A stretch of DNA of 61,251 nucleotides, counting the filler, from Thelocarpon superellum (lineage: Eukaryota), in the NCBI GenBank assembly GCA_026025795.1. It is 3 parts of 3 records of this genome, joined end to end, with 100 filler letters (N's around TTAATTAATTAA, not from the genome) between each part and the next. Parts side by side here need not be neighbours in the genome. Positions count along the whole stretch, not along the records: positions 40,952 to 61,251 come from JAPEUG010000328.1; 2 more parts are not named here. One strand, 5' to 3'. Positions 46,360 to 57,624 of the stretch are shown one piece after another. The notes under the pieces were generated by a model. That model had not been told where the DNA came from. It ran no database searches and worked only from the letters and a program-made list of their open reading frames with translations. The translations under genes were made by a program, and so were the position numbers. The number at the start of each line of letters is the position of its first letter. The stretch's first letter is position 1.

Positions 46360-47874
46360 TCAGTTGTTCCTCACGGTGATGTCCCGCGCCCACATCAACG
46401 GCCCCAGGTAGCCCGCGGGGACCTGGAACCACGAGGAGAAGCGACCGAGATGGGGAGCGAAGCCCGGCATGGTGGGACAATCGGTGAACTCGCAGGTGCC
46501 GGGTTTGTAGCCCAAGGCTTGGGCGTGGCAGGTGGGATCCCAGGTGCAGGTGCTGAGCTGGGACACGCACTGCAGGCTGAACATGCCCTGGTCGACGGAG
46601 AACTCGACGTCCGAAGGCTGGTGCCCGCTGGACTTGCAAAAGGCCGCGTTCTCAAAGAGGGCGGCGCCCGAGGTCCAGCCGTTGGCAAAGACGCTCGACA
46701 GGATCTTGTAGGGGTTGTTCCTGACGTTCTTGCCGTCGATCAACGTCCAGGTGCGGTCGTTGACGTCGTCGTACCACCACGCGTTGCAGATGTTGTACGG
46801 CTTCTCGTACGTGTCGCAGGAGATGTCGTAGCTGAGCGCGGTGCCGTTGGTCGCCAGCTGCTGCACGTTGGTGTTGAGCGCCTGCACCCCCGTGTACTGG
46901 CTGGCGTTGAGGGCGCTCGACACGACAAAGGTGTTGAAGACGGTGCGCAGCGCCCCGACCTGCGAGTCCAGCGCCGGCGGCGGGTGGGTGGAGAAGGTGC
47001 CGCCCGCGGCCATCTGGATGAAGGACGTGACGTTGCTCTCGGCCACGCTGAGGATGGGTTGCAGCCGGCCCGTGATGCCGTTCTTGAGGCTCTCCAGCGA
47101 CTGGCTGAGCTGGCTGATGAGCACCGGCCGCGTGTCGTCCGTGGTCTTGGGGAAGACGTATTTGAACAGCCCCGGCGTCGTCAACGACAGCGTGCCCGCC
47201 GTCGCAATCGCGAGCTGCACCCCGATCTCCGCCTCGCCGGCGATGATGCTGATCGGGCCCGGGATCAGGGCGACGGCGAAGAGGACGTACGTCAGCACGT
47301 TCTGCAGCATGACATTCGAGTCGACGGGCGGGTCGATGAGCTGCACGATGGAGTTGATCGTGTCGGACGAGTCGCCAAACGCTTGCGCCGTCGCGCTCTG
47401 CCAGCTGTTGAAGAAGTTGTTGATGGCTAGGCCTCGGTCAGCGGGGCATGGGCATGAGGGACGCGAGAGCGAGAGCGAGAGCGAGAGCGAGAGCGACGCA
47501 CCATAGATGTTGTGCAGGACATAAAAGACCTGGGGGTTGTCAATGTTGTCGCTGATGGTGGCGCCGCAGCTCTGGGAGTTGATCACGGTGCAGTCGACGT
47601 CGGGCGCGTGGTTCAGGCGCAGGAAGCAGGTGGAGAAGGGCTCGGTGGGGTGGCAGGTGTGCGAGTTGTACCAGTCGAGCACCCAGGAGCTCATGTTCAG
47701 CTGGGCCCAGCAGCCGGCATCCACCCCCGTCGAGACATCATGGCAGTTGACGAGCGGGTTGGCTGTGGCGTTGCCCGTCGCATTGCTCGCCGCCGGCGGG
47801 GGGTCGGCCTGGGCGAAGGGGAGCGCCGCCAGCAGCGCCGCCAGCAGCACCAGGGCGGGACGACAGGAGCGCAT
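46360..47874 (-). CDS. Uncharacterised secreted Cys-rich glycoprotein (~479 aa, 2 exons)
   Basis: Signal peptide 'MRSCRPALVLLAALLAALPFAQA'; strong C/G third-position codon bias; several N-x-S/T sites; 6 Cys in the N-domain and 8 in the C-domain; intron 47501-47427 contains a (CTCTCG)n repeat. Confidence 0.85.
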   Translation of the reverse strand: MRSCRPALVLLAALLAALPFAQADPPPAASNATGNATANPLVNCHDVSTGVDAGCWAQLNMSSWVLDWYNSHTCHPTEPFSTCFLRLNHAPDVDCTVINSQSCGATISDNIDNPQVFYVLHNIYGASLSLSLSLSLSRPSCPCPADRGLAINNFFNSWQSATAQAFGDSSDTINSIVQLIDPPVDSNVMLQNVLTYVLFAVALIPGPISIIAGEAEIGVQLAIATAGTLSLTTPGLFKYVFPKTTDDTRPVLISQLSQSLESLKNGITGRLQPILSVAESNVTSFIQMAAGGTFSTHPPPALDSQVGALRTVFNTFVVSSALNASQYTGVQALNTNVQQLATNGTALSYDISCDTYEKPYNICNAWWYDDVNDRTWTLIDGKNVRNNPYKILSSVFANGWTSGAALFENAAFCKSSGHQPSDVEFSVDQGMFSLQCVSQLSTCTWDPTCHAQALGYKPGTCEFTDCPTMPGFAPHLGRFSSWFQVPAGYLGPLMWARDITVRNN

Positions 47875-50292
47875 GGAGCACGACGAAGCATAGAGTGGCA
47901 GGCGGGCTCACGACGCGCAGGCGCTCTCGACCACGTGCGGGGGCGTGGACACGACGGGAGAGCGGGCGGGGACGGGGGCGACGGGGGCGAAGGGTTATAT
48001 GAGCTGGGTCGGGCCCGCCATCCCCGTGAACGCGTGATCAAGGTCGAGGTTGGAGTCTGGCCGGCCAGGAGCCAGACCAGGCCAAACCGGGCCCGGCGCT
48101 GGCGGCATCTTCGGATCGGAGAACAGGCCTGCGGCGATCCACAGGCTGCTGGGATGAGAGATCGAATAGGTCGAGCAGGTCGTGGCCACGCCGCGTCCGC
48201 GCCAATGCTCGGCGCTGGGGGACACGCGCGCACATGCGCCGGCGCATCGACATGCTGGTCAAGCTCCGGCTCGAGCTCGTGCGTCCACGAGGATGATGGC
48301 GCCGGACCACCCCCCACCCAGCGCTTCCTGACGTCCTGACGCTTCTCCTCTGCGCGATGACGAGCGCGGCGGTATGCTCGTCATCGTAATCCCCATCCTG
48401 TTCCCACTCCTTACGTGACAGACAGCCCGGCGGGATCGACCCACCCGCACTCGGCCATCCTTCGCCTTATCCGACCCAATTCCACGCAGGCGAGCGACGA
48501 GCCGGGGGGCCGCACGTCCCACGAGCACACGGCTGGCGAGCATCGGGCAGATGAGACCGAGTGAGGCAGATTGCACCATCGCGCTGGCCGACGTCGGCGG
48601 CGGATGGATCCATCGTGGGTGGGGGGTGACGAGGCGAGAGCGGTGCTCATTGGGTGGTGGGGGGTGATGGGGCGTGGTCGGGTGGTGGGAGGATGGTAGG
48701 GCAGAGCGAGACGGCCAAGCGACCAGACGATTCCATCGGCCTACCGGATGGGGACAAACGGATGTGTTAGAGCGGTGCCTCATGCGCCACCCGAGAGCAT
48801 CGACGTGCAAGAACCTTATTGCTGACCACCAGCCGGGTCGAAACCCAGCGTGCCTGCCCATGGCCGCCCATGGCCGCCCATGGCCGCCCATGACGGTCCG
48901 CCACGCTGCGGTCCTCCTCCCCCTAGGCCTCGTAGCGTCGTCTCACAATCTCCCTCGTTCCCGGTCCAGGCCGAACAAGCCTGCCTAGCTAGGATCAACG
49001 ACAGGCGGCGACAGGCGCTCCGACAGGCGCTCCGACAGGCATGGACCACGCTGCGAACGCCGGGCAGCCGCAGATTTCCATCCTGTCCATTCTGCCCACG
49101 CCGCCCGCCCGCGCCGCCCACGCCGGCCATCGCGTATCCCACGGCTGCCACTCCGACGTGGGTAGAGGCACTGATAAGGCCACCCCACGGCTGCGAGCGC
49201 GCATCGCACAGAGTTCATCACGCCATGTAGCCGCGGAGTCGGCCATTGGTTCTCCGCCGGCCATGGATGCACCACCAAGGTCTCGCGTAGGCAGAAGATC
49301 GTACTCTGTTGCTGTCGGCAGCCTCGCTCCGCCACCATCACGCGCCACGCCTTGTTTTTTCATTGACTCGATCGGGAGATGGGAGGGGAGGGTAATTCCT
49401 GCATGAATCCACGGCCTACTGGAGGTGCTGTCCGTCGAATCATCCGTGGCGACGTGTTAGTCACGTCCACATCCAGCTACCCTTCTGAGTTTAGCCGCGT
49501 GGGCCCACCCCTGCGTCCAGTGTTTCGGTGCCTCTTGCTCGCCACCGCTACCGCTATGTTACCGCTACCGCCACCGCCGCCGACCGAGTACTCGTGCGAG
49601 GACTCGCAGGAGCCGGCGCGCCAGTCTTCGGAAGAGTGCCGGTCTTCCAGCCCCAGCGTGCCAGAGCCTATCGGATGACTCGCGTTCGCTCGACCCGGAG
49701 ATGAGGACGCGCGGTGGAGGATGCAGTCTCCACGTGCCGGATCCACCCACCAGTACGCCCGTCCACCTCAGCCTTCCTCGCACCGGCGACGCATGTGGCC
49801 GGGGGCCTGGAGTGGTCGATGCCCTTCGGCCCGCGGGACGCTGACGGGCCCGTGCTGGAGCTGAGCGAGTTCTCGGGCGTGCGGACGGGCGTGCGGGTGG
49901 GCGTGCGGCCTTGCAGATGGCCGGCGCTGCCCGCACCACGGCTACATCACGACGGACGTGGGCCTCGATGGCTCTCCGCCCATCACATGTACGGGGCCGC
50001 AGCCCTCGCACCGGCAGCCGAGGGAAGCTCATGTTCGAGCCTGAAACCTCTCGGCACGCACGGGACTGCCTCCAGCACAAGGGCACGGCAGGGGCACAGC
50101 GAGGGCATCGGACTTGCCGAGCTTTGCATGCGCTCGGATGCAAGGTCGACGTGAAACATCCCCAGGGCTCCGGCGAGCGGCGCGGACGGTCATTGGATCA
50201 GCTGCCACGTCGCTCGCTGCACGCCAGGGGCATGTCAAAAGTCGCCAAGCAACCGAAGCATGCGAGCGTCGTCTCGAGAGCCCACAGGCCCA

Positions 50293-51295
50293 TCACGGTC
50301 CCTTGGTGCCCAGAGCGGGGTCCATCGACACCAGCCGAGCCTCCAGGTCCTCGATCCGTCTCGTCCCCGTCATGATCCTTCCTTCCACCCCTCGCTCGCG
50401 CCCCGCCTCCCCAACGACCACGCATCGCTGCAGCTGGCCGCCTTTGCCCACCCGAATCCGTCCCGTCAGCCCGTTCCGCCACTCCAGCCGAAGATCACGG
50501 GCCTCGCCATCCTCATCCACGATGCGTCGGATCGCGTGACCCGTCGACGCCGCCACGCCTCGCTGCAGCTGCGACACCACGGCGGTGCGAAGGTGGTGGC
50601 TGACCAGCTCGCGCCGCACCTCGTGCACCAGCCGCACCAGCCGCTGCCGGGGCGCAGGTTTACGAGCCTCCTCCCCCGACACAGCCGCTGGCACGGGCAG
50701 AAAACGAGCGGCCAAGGTCGAGAGCGGCACCCGTGCCGGCAACGTCGAGCGGTGAATGCACAGCGCGGACGAGTCTGGGCTGACTCGTCGGAGGAAGAGA
50801 TAGTATGGAGTCAGGAAGTGATCTGTCCAAGGTAAGCACGGCGGAGGGGACAAGTAGCTCGGCTCCACGTACGCTGCACAAAGACTTCGATCCGGACGCC
50901 CAGCATCCGTCCATCGGCCAGCGCCTGCGGGTCGGGATCATGCACTTCGAACATGGTCGCGCCTGCCCCCAGTCGATAGAGGCATTGCTGGCTATGTTTG
51001 CGTTGTTTCGTCGCCCCGTCGAGCACCGTCGAGAGCAGCGGGCTGGCCACGCTTCCGGACCGAGAGGTCCCGTCATCGTAGTCGCGCGACGAACAGTATC
51101 GGTCCAGGAGCGGTTGGGTCGACTGCGCCGACAAGATCGTCGACGTCAAGACGGAGCGGCGGTGGGTCAAGGTGGCAACTACCGCCCGGTCAGCGACGCA
51201 TTCCGCTGTCAAGATAGTCAGGGGAGGGGGCGCGGACTTTGCTGTCGAATCCGGGCCATCTCCTGGTCCAGCGGCGAATCCATCGCGTCCGCCAT
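50293..51295 (-). CDS. MCM21: Kinetochore protein CENP-O / Mcm21 (3 exons)
   Basis: Exons 51295-51238, 51178-50873 and 50822-50293 give 'MADAMDSPLDQEMARIRQQIATLTHRR...LYRLGAGATMFEVHDPDP...LGVRIEV...PYYLFL...IHRSTLPARVPL..L...LVHEVRRELVSHHLR', the fungal CENP-O pattern. Confidence 0.8.
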
Positions 51296-51732
51296 GAGGC
51301 TTGCGAGAGCAGGCTAGACAGAGACGTGCCGGACGCGTCACGCTCCCGAGAGAGAGGAGTCGCGGTTGCGAGCGACGTGCTGCGATCCGGTCAAGCCGGT
51401 GTGGAATGGGCTGGCGTCGTGTTTACCTCCGCGTCATGGCCCGGTGGAGACGCATCATTGAGAGCGCCGGCGCGTCCAATGGAAGGTGGAAGCGAGATAA
51501 TCACGTGATATGGCGGGAGTCGGGCGTCGCTCGACAATGGCATCGTTCAGGTGTCGGCTCCCCTTGCCACGACCGGCGACTTGGAGGCCCGGACTAGTCC
51601 TGCCTCTGTCAAGCTTCGTCGGGGACCGGCGACCGGCGACCGGCGACTTAGTGGCGAGCGAGGCGAGAGGCCAACAAGGCACCAAGCATCGACGCCCAAG
51701 CTTCAGGAGTCCCGCCGTCATAAAATGCCCCC

Positions 51733-53902
51733 ATGCCGACGCCGATAGAAGAGGGCCTCTTGCCACAGCTCAATCGACGTGAGTCCCTCTCCGCGCCCGA
51801 CGTCTTGTCCCTCCATGCCCCTGATCCGCATCCACCCCGAGGGCGTGACGAGCATCCGTACGGGGACGACGCTGCGTCGTCCGCATCCCGGACCTGGGAG
51901 CTGCAGCCCCTCCCCTCGGCCGATGCGAACGAGTCCCGGCGGCAGACCGACACGACGCGCGCGGGTGCGCCAGCTTCCGACCAGCCGTGGGCCTCACGGA
52001 CGCACGGCCCGATCCCGGACGCCGCCGACCCCTTGACTCCTCCAATGGGTGCCACGGCCCGCGCCCACCATCACCACGCCCACGCCCACGCCCACGCCCA
52101 CGCCCCGGACCGGCCCGGGTCCGCCTCCTCCTCGACCGCGGGGCCGAACGGGAAGCCGAGCGACGGCATGAATTCGCACGTTGAGTTTCGCGGCAAATCC
52201 TCGTCGCTTGACAGCCCCACCACCACCCTGATGGCTCGCGAAAGCTTCTCGCTCGACGATGAGCCCGCGGAAAGCCCGGCCTCCCCGTCGCCCAACACCC
52301 GGAGCTTCTGGGAGCTCCCCAAGCAGGACCGGAGCAACTTCCTGCTCCTCGTCCTCCTGTATTTCTTGCAGGGCATCCCCATGGGCTTGGCCACCGGCTC
52401 CGTCCCCTTCCTGCTCAAGCAGCACCTATCCTACAGCCAGATCGGCGTCTTTTCCCTGGCCAGTTACCCCTACTCCCTCAAGCTCCTCTGGAGTCCCATC
52501 GTCGATGCCGTCTGGAATCCACGCGTCGGCCGCCGGAAGAGCTGGATCCTCCCCATCCAGTTCCTGTCCGGCTTTGGCATGATCTGGCTCGGTGCCCGCG
52601 CCAAGCAGATGATGCTGGACGCCGGCGCCGAGGATGGCTCGGGCGTCTGGGCCTTTACCGGCTGGTGGTTCTTCCTGGTCTTCATGTGCGCGACGCAGGA
52701 CATTGCGGTCGATGGTGAGCGGCCTCTCCGCCGACGGCGCTCTCCCGGGGCCCTGCTGACGTGTGCTCCCAGGCTGGGCCCTGACCTTACTCTCGCCCGC
52801 CAATCTCTCCTACGCCTCGACCGCACAGACGGTCGGGCTGACGGCCGGCCAGTTTCTGTCCTACACCGTCTTCCTCGCGCTAAACTCGCCCGACTTTGCC
52901 AACCGATGGTTTCGCACGGCGCCCATCGCCGAGGGCGTCATGACCTTGGGCGGCTATCTGACCTTTTGGGGCTGGGCCTATCTGGTCGTCACCGTCGGGC
53001 TCGCCGTGATGAAGCGCGAGGAGCGATCCAAGGAACGCGATGGCATCGTGCAGGTGTACAAGGTCATGTGGGGCATCCTGCAGCTGAAGAACATCCAAAC
53101 CTTCATCGTCGTGCACCTCATCGCCAAGATTGGCTTCCAGGCCAACGACGCCGTCACCAACCTCAAGCTGCTCGATCGGGGCTTCAGCCAAGAGGACCTC
53201 GCCCTCACCGTGCTGATCGACTTTCCCTTTGAGATCTTCCTAGGCTACTACGCCGGCAAATGGTCCTCGGCCTACCCGCCCATGCGGCTGTGGTGCGGCG
53301 CCTTTGTCGGCCGACTGGTCGCGGCCCTCCTCGCCCAGTGTACCATCATGATCTTCCCCCGCGACGGCGTGGTGCATGACTGGTACCTCTTGGTCGTCAT
53401 CGCCGAGCACGTCTTTTCCACCTTCACCAGCACCATCATGTTCGTCGCCATCTCCGCCTTTCACGCAAAGATCTCCGACCCCACCATCGGCGGGACCTAC
53501 ATGACTCTCTTGGCAACGTGAGCGCTCTCCTTGCTCCGTGGCCAGGACCTTGACCCCGGACTAACCGACCGTGCCAACAGCGTCTCCAATCTCGGGGGCA
53601 CCTTTCCCCGCTTCTTCATCCTCAAGCTGGTCGATCTCTTCACCGTGGCGACCTGCTTCCCCCCCGCCAACGCCCCCACCGACCTTAAGGGGGCCCTCAT
53701 CACCTCGTCCTTTTCCTGCGCCTTGGAGGCCGAGAAACAACGCTGTCTGCATGGCGGTGGATCGTGCGTGATTGAGCGCGACGGATACTACATCACCAAC
53801 ATTGTCTGTGTGGCGATTGGCGCCGTCACCTTTTGGGGCTTCATCAAGCCGGCCGTGATGAAGCTACAGGCGCTCCCACTGCGGGCATGGCGACAGACCT
53901 AG
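51733..53902 (+). CDS. ER acetyl-CoA transporter (Acatn/SLC33A1-like MFS), 3 exons
   Basis: 'LLVLLYFLQGIPMGLA.GSVPFLL', 'PYSLKLLWSPIVD', 'GRRKSWI', 'ATQDIAVDG|WAL', 'DPTIGGTYMTLLAT|VSNLGG', 'RDGYY'. Confidence 0.95.
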
Positions 53903-54329
53903 ACCGTGGCGGAAGGGGAACGAGAAGGTGAATCGATCTAGATATAGAGCACAGCTAGAAGCATCATGTACCATGGACACGTCTGCCAGCGATTCGAGGA
54001 TTGTCCACTTGGATCGTTGACCTGGGTCCACCGATGTGGCGTAGAAGAACCTTGAAACTCCGACGTGGCGGGGCGTGATTCACCCCACCAGACGCTGACC
54101 CGTGCCCACGTACAAGACGTAGGAGTAAGACGGCAATCTCTTCTCTCACGCACGCCGATCTGGCCATCGCCCTACCATCCCATCCCGACTCCAGACCGTC
54201 GACCATCCACGGCCCGAGCGTGAGCGTGAGCGTGAGCGGCAGAGGTACGGAACAAGAGACAGGGTCTCGAATGCCATCCGTCCGCCCCACTCCTTCACCC
54301 CCACACAGCACCCTCCAACCTACTCCACG

Positions 54330-55265
54330 ATGGCCACAGCACCAGACGCACCAACGGCGGCACACTCTGCATCTACGATCTCGGCCTCCCAGACACCATC
54401 TGCGCAGACAAGTGTAGATGAAGTTGGAGACGGACAACCAGAACGAGAGGGAGATGTAGAAGGAGGAGACGAGCGCGACGCGTTCCCCGCTTCCCACCAC
54501 GAAGAAATCATATCCTCGCTCCCGCGCCTCCGACAAACGCACGAAACCGCGGGCTACCGAGACGGCATCGCGGCGGCCAAAACATCCACGATCCAAGACG
54601 GCTTCGACGACGGATACGCCATTGGTGCAGACCTGGCCCTGCGTGTCGGCTGGCTGCTGGGTGTTTTGGAGGAAGTGGGAAGGGGTGTGGGCCCTGTGAA
54701 GATGGTGGGGGTAGAAGTGGAAGTGGACGGAGTCGTAGAGGCTGCACCGGAAGACGGAGGAGTCGAGATGGGGCGGGCGAGGGAAAGGAAGACTCACACG
54801 CCCACGGGCGGCGTGGAGAGGAACACCACCACCACGACCCAGAAAAATACGGCGCGGTCGAGAATCTACGCTCTCCTAGAGCGAGCACGGCGCGAGCTGG
54901 TCCTTGAGCGCCTCTTTGCGCCCGAATACTGGAATGGGGAGCCAGGGCGCTGGAAGTGGTTACGAAGGGAGGGAAAGAAAGCGGAGGAGGAAGAGGAAGA
55001 TGCGTCGCACGTTGCTGCTCATGGCCAAGCGGACATCGATGACCATCCACTCTTACGGACGTGGCGGACCTTGCTCAAGGAGGAACTACGCGCGGTCGGC
55101 GTCGACGTCGCCGAACTGGAAGGGTGGGAAGGGGTGCGACGACGACGTGACGCCGGGAAAAACGATCCACATGTTCTACGTCATGCACAGGCTGTAGAGG
55201 CCATAGATCGGACAAATCCAGGTGCGGGTACGGGCTATGAGGCCTCTCATCATGTACCCTTGTGA
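54330..55265 (+). CDS. YAE1: Yae1 (Fe-S adaptor for Rli1/ABCE1 maturation), deca-GX3 motif
   Basis: 'LPRLRQTHETAGYRDGIAAAKTSTIQDGFDDGYAIGADLALRVGWLLGVLE'; downstream 'LF.PEYW...G.W' and 'HPLL..W'. Confidence 0.85.
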   Translation: MATAPDAPTAAHSASTISASQTPSAQTSVDEVGDGQPEREGDVEGGDERDAFPASHHEEIISSLPRLRQTHETAGYRDGIAAAKTSTIQDGFDDGYAIGADLALRVGWLLGVLEEVGRGVGPVKMVGVEVEVDGVVEAAPEDGGVEMGRARERKTHTPTGGVERNTTTTTQKNTARSRIYALLERARRELVLERLFAPEYWNGEPGRWKWLRREGKKAEEEEEDASHVAAHGQADIDDHPLLRTWRTLLKEELRAVGVDVAELEGWEGVRRRRDAGKNDPHVLRHAQAVEAIDRTNPGAGTGYEASHHVPL

Positions 55266-55312
55266 GATGGCTTGCACGACAGACGGACGGTGTCTGCAAA
55301 AAAAGACCACAG

Positions 55313-56521
55313 TCATGCGGCGCGGACCTGGTCGATCAGCTTCATGTGGAGGCGGGCAACTTCAGGCACGATCAGCGACTCAATCTCCGTCTTGGGCTCT
55401 CCCTCGGGAAAGTGGTGGTCGCCCTGGTCGGCGGCAGGCGCGGTGTCCTCGTCCGCATCCTCATCCTCATCCCCATCCGCATGCGTGTCGGCGCCCGTGC
55501 CCTTGGCAGCCAGACCGACCTGCGCCGGCCGACCCGACATGCTCTTGGTGCGCTGATGGTGCGGGATGCGGATCCAGTGATCGGCCGTGTGAGGCGCGAC
55601 GAAAACGACTTCCCATTTCCGGGTCGACAGCAGATTGCCAATGACCAGGTGATGGGCGTATCGCTCAAGCGCTTGCTTCGCCTTGGACACGAGCATCGAG
55701 GGGTCCGTCTCCAGTTTGAAGCTCACGATCATGCACTCGGGCGCCCAGCCATCGACCAGCCGCTTGAGGAACTTGGGCACCGGGTCCAGATCGACGATGA
55801 GCTTCTTTCCTTGCACACCCGAGGACGGAGGCCTTGATGAAGCGGCCGCGCTCCGGTCATCACGCGCGGTCGCAGGCACGTCTGACGATTGGATCTTGTG
55901 TTCCGCCATCCGGTCGCGCGGCACGAAGAAATCCGACACCGCGGCCGCGAGGTAGAAGAGACCGCGTGGACCGAGCGGTCGCATCAAGGTGGCGATCCCT
56001 CGGAGATCCCACAGGTACTCGGTGATGGTGGTAAAGGACAGGAGCAGCAGCATCTGGTGGTCTTGGGCCCAATTGTATTTGCGCAAGACGGACAGCATGG
56101 CTTGCTGGTATTGCTCGTTGACCACCACCGTGCCGCCGGGGCCCTCGCGCATGAAGTCGAGGAAGCAGTTGGTCGAGTGGCTGTAATGGCGCGAGTAGGG
56201 CAAGAGGCTGAACTCGCGGTGCAGGAAGATGACGGCATACCCCGCCTCGAGGAAGTACTCGGCCGACGTGGCGCCGCGGGTGCCGGCGGAGAAGTTGTCG
56301 ACGAAGCGGACCGTCTGGTTCTCCAACGGTACCGTCGTGCCGCCCGAGGTGACGAGGACGACGCGGCGACGCTGTGCATTGTGCCGGTTGATGAAGTCTC
56401 GGGCCAAGGCGGTGTAGGCCTCCAAGTTCCGCGGCGGCGGATTCTCCGTGAAGTAGTCGGCCTCGACTCGCTCGCCCGTCGTCACCCGCTGCAAGCCCGC
56501 GCCAGGCGGAGGGGCAGCCAT
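55313..56521 (-). CDS. CAB2: Phosphopantothenate--cysteine ligase (CoA biosynthesis)
   Basis: 'VVLVTSGGTTVPLE..TVRFVDNFSAGTRGATSAEYF', 'YLAAAVSDFF', 'HKIQS', 'VSFKLETD', 'VIGNLLSTRK'; intronless. Confidence 0.96.
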   Translation of the reverse strand: MAAPPPGAGLQRVTTGERVEADYFTENPPPRNLEAYTALARDFINRHNAQRRRVVLVTSGGTTVPLENQTVRFVDNFSAGTRGATSAEYFLEAGYAVIFLHREFSLLPYSRHYSHSTNCFLDFMREGPGGTVVVNEQYQQAMLSVLRKYNWAQDHQMLLLLSFTTITEYLWDLRGIATLMRPLGPRGLFYLAAAVSDFFVPRDRMAEHKIQSSDVPATARDDRSAAASSRPPSSGVQGKKLIVDLDPVPKFLKRLVDGWAPECMIVSFKLETDPSMLVSKAKQALERYAHHLVIGNLLSTRKWEVVFVAPHTADHWIRIPHHQRTKSMSGRPAQVGLAAKGTGADTHADGDEDEDADEDTAPAADQGDHHFPEGEPKTEIESLIVPEVARLHMKLIDQVRAA

Positions 56522-57624
56522 GGGGCGAGTTGCGAGGGGCGAGAGGCCACGGGTGCGAAAGCGCGAGCGTGCCAGGCCGCTTGGGCAGCGGCATCCACCC
56601 CGGGCGCCCGACCGGTGCTTCCCCTCACAGGCTCGTTCCCCTCACAGGCTCGCAGGCACGCCGCGCACGCTGTGCACGCCGGGACCTGAATGACCCGTCA
56701 CATTCAACGGAACTCTTCGGTAGATCCGTCTTGGTGTGACGGGGGGGGAGAATGGACTCGAGAGTCGCGCGGACCGGTGCAACAGGGAAGGGCGACGCTG
56801 CGTCGGTCGCCGGATCGAGCGAGCTGGAAAGTTTGCCCCGCGGCAGCTGCTGGCGGTGCTGGCCTCTCCCCAGGCACTTGCCTACGTCCGCCGCCGCGCA
56901 GAAGCCGGTCGTCGAGCGATGCCATCTCGGGCGGCCTCTGCCCACCTCGACGGGCGGCCTTCCATGCCCTTGGTCTGCTTCCCGCCGCCGCCTCCGTTCC
57001 CGCTCTCGGAGGCTCCTCCGGTCCAGTGCCGGCGAGGGGGCGGCGGGGCAGCGCCGGCAAGTTGCATCATCGACACGTGACCGGAGCCATGTCCTGAGCT
57101 CTAGCTCCGAAAGCGGTATGGGCCGACGCAGGACGGCACCGAAACGCGGCCGACAACAGCCTAGATGCCATGGCTTTGCCAGGTGACGGAGGGACAGGGA
57201 TCAGATATCGTGGGGACGTGATGCCATCACCTCCGGACAAGTCCCGAGTCTAATCGTCTCGAGTCTGCACGCCTCAGGTACCGCCTCAGCTCGCCAGTCG
57301 CCAGTCGCCAGTCGCGCAGCAGTCTGCGAGCCATCATGGTTGGGCGGTCGATTAGCGCCCCTCATCCAGCTCCCACCCATGTCCGTGCTAGCCCCGGGGC
57401 CCTTCCCACCCCCCCCGGCTGATTGCCCGATCGACCCGGGTCACCCACTGCTTGGCACCGTCATCGGTCCATCTTGCGCCATTGACCGTCTCTCGTCGCA
57501 AACACGAGCGTCTGGGCCACGCTCGGTCCATGTCATGGCCACGCGTTGACGGCCCTCGTCGTCGGCCCTCGTCGTCGCCGCGGCTTTGCTGGCCACCACC
57601 CTCCCTCTACCCTCCACCGTCGAC

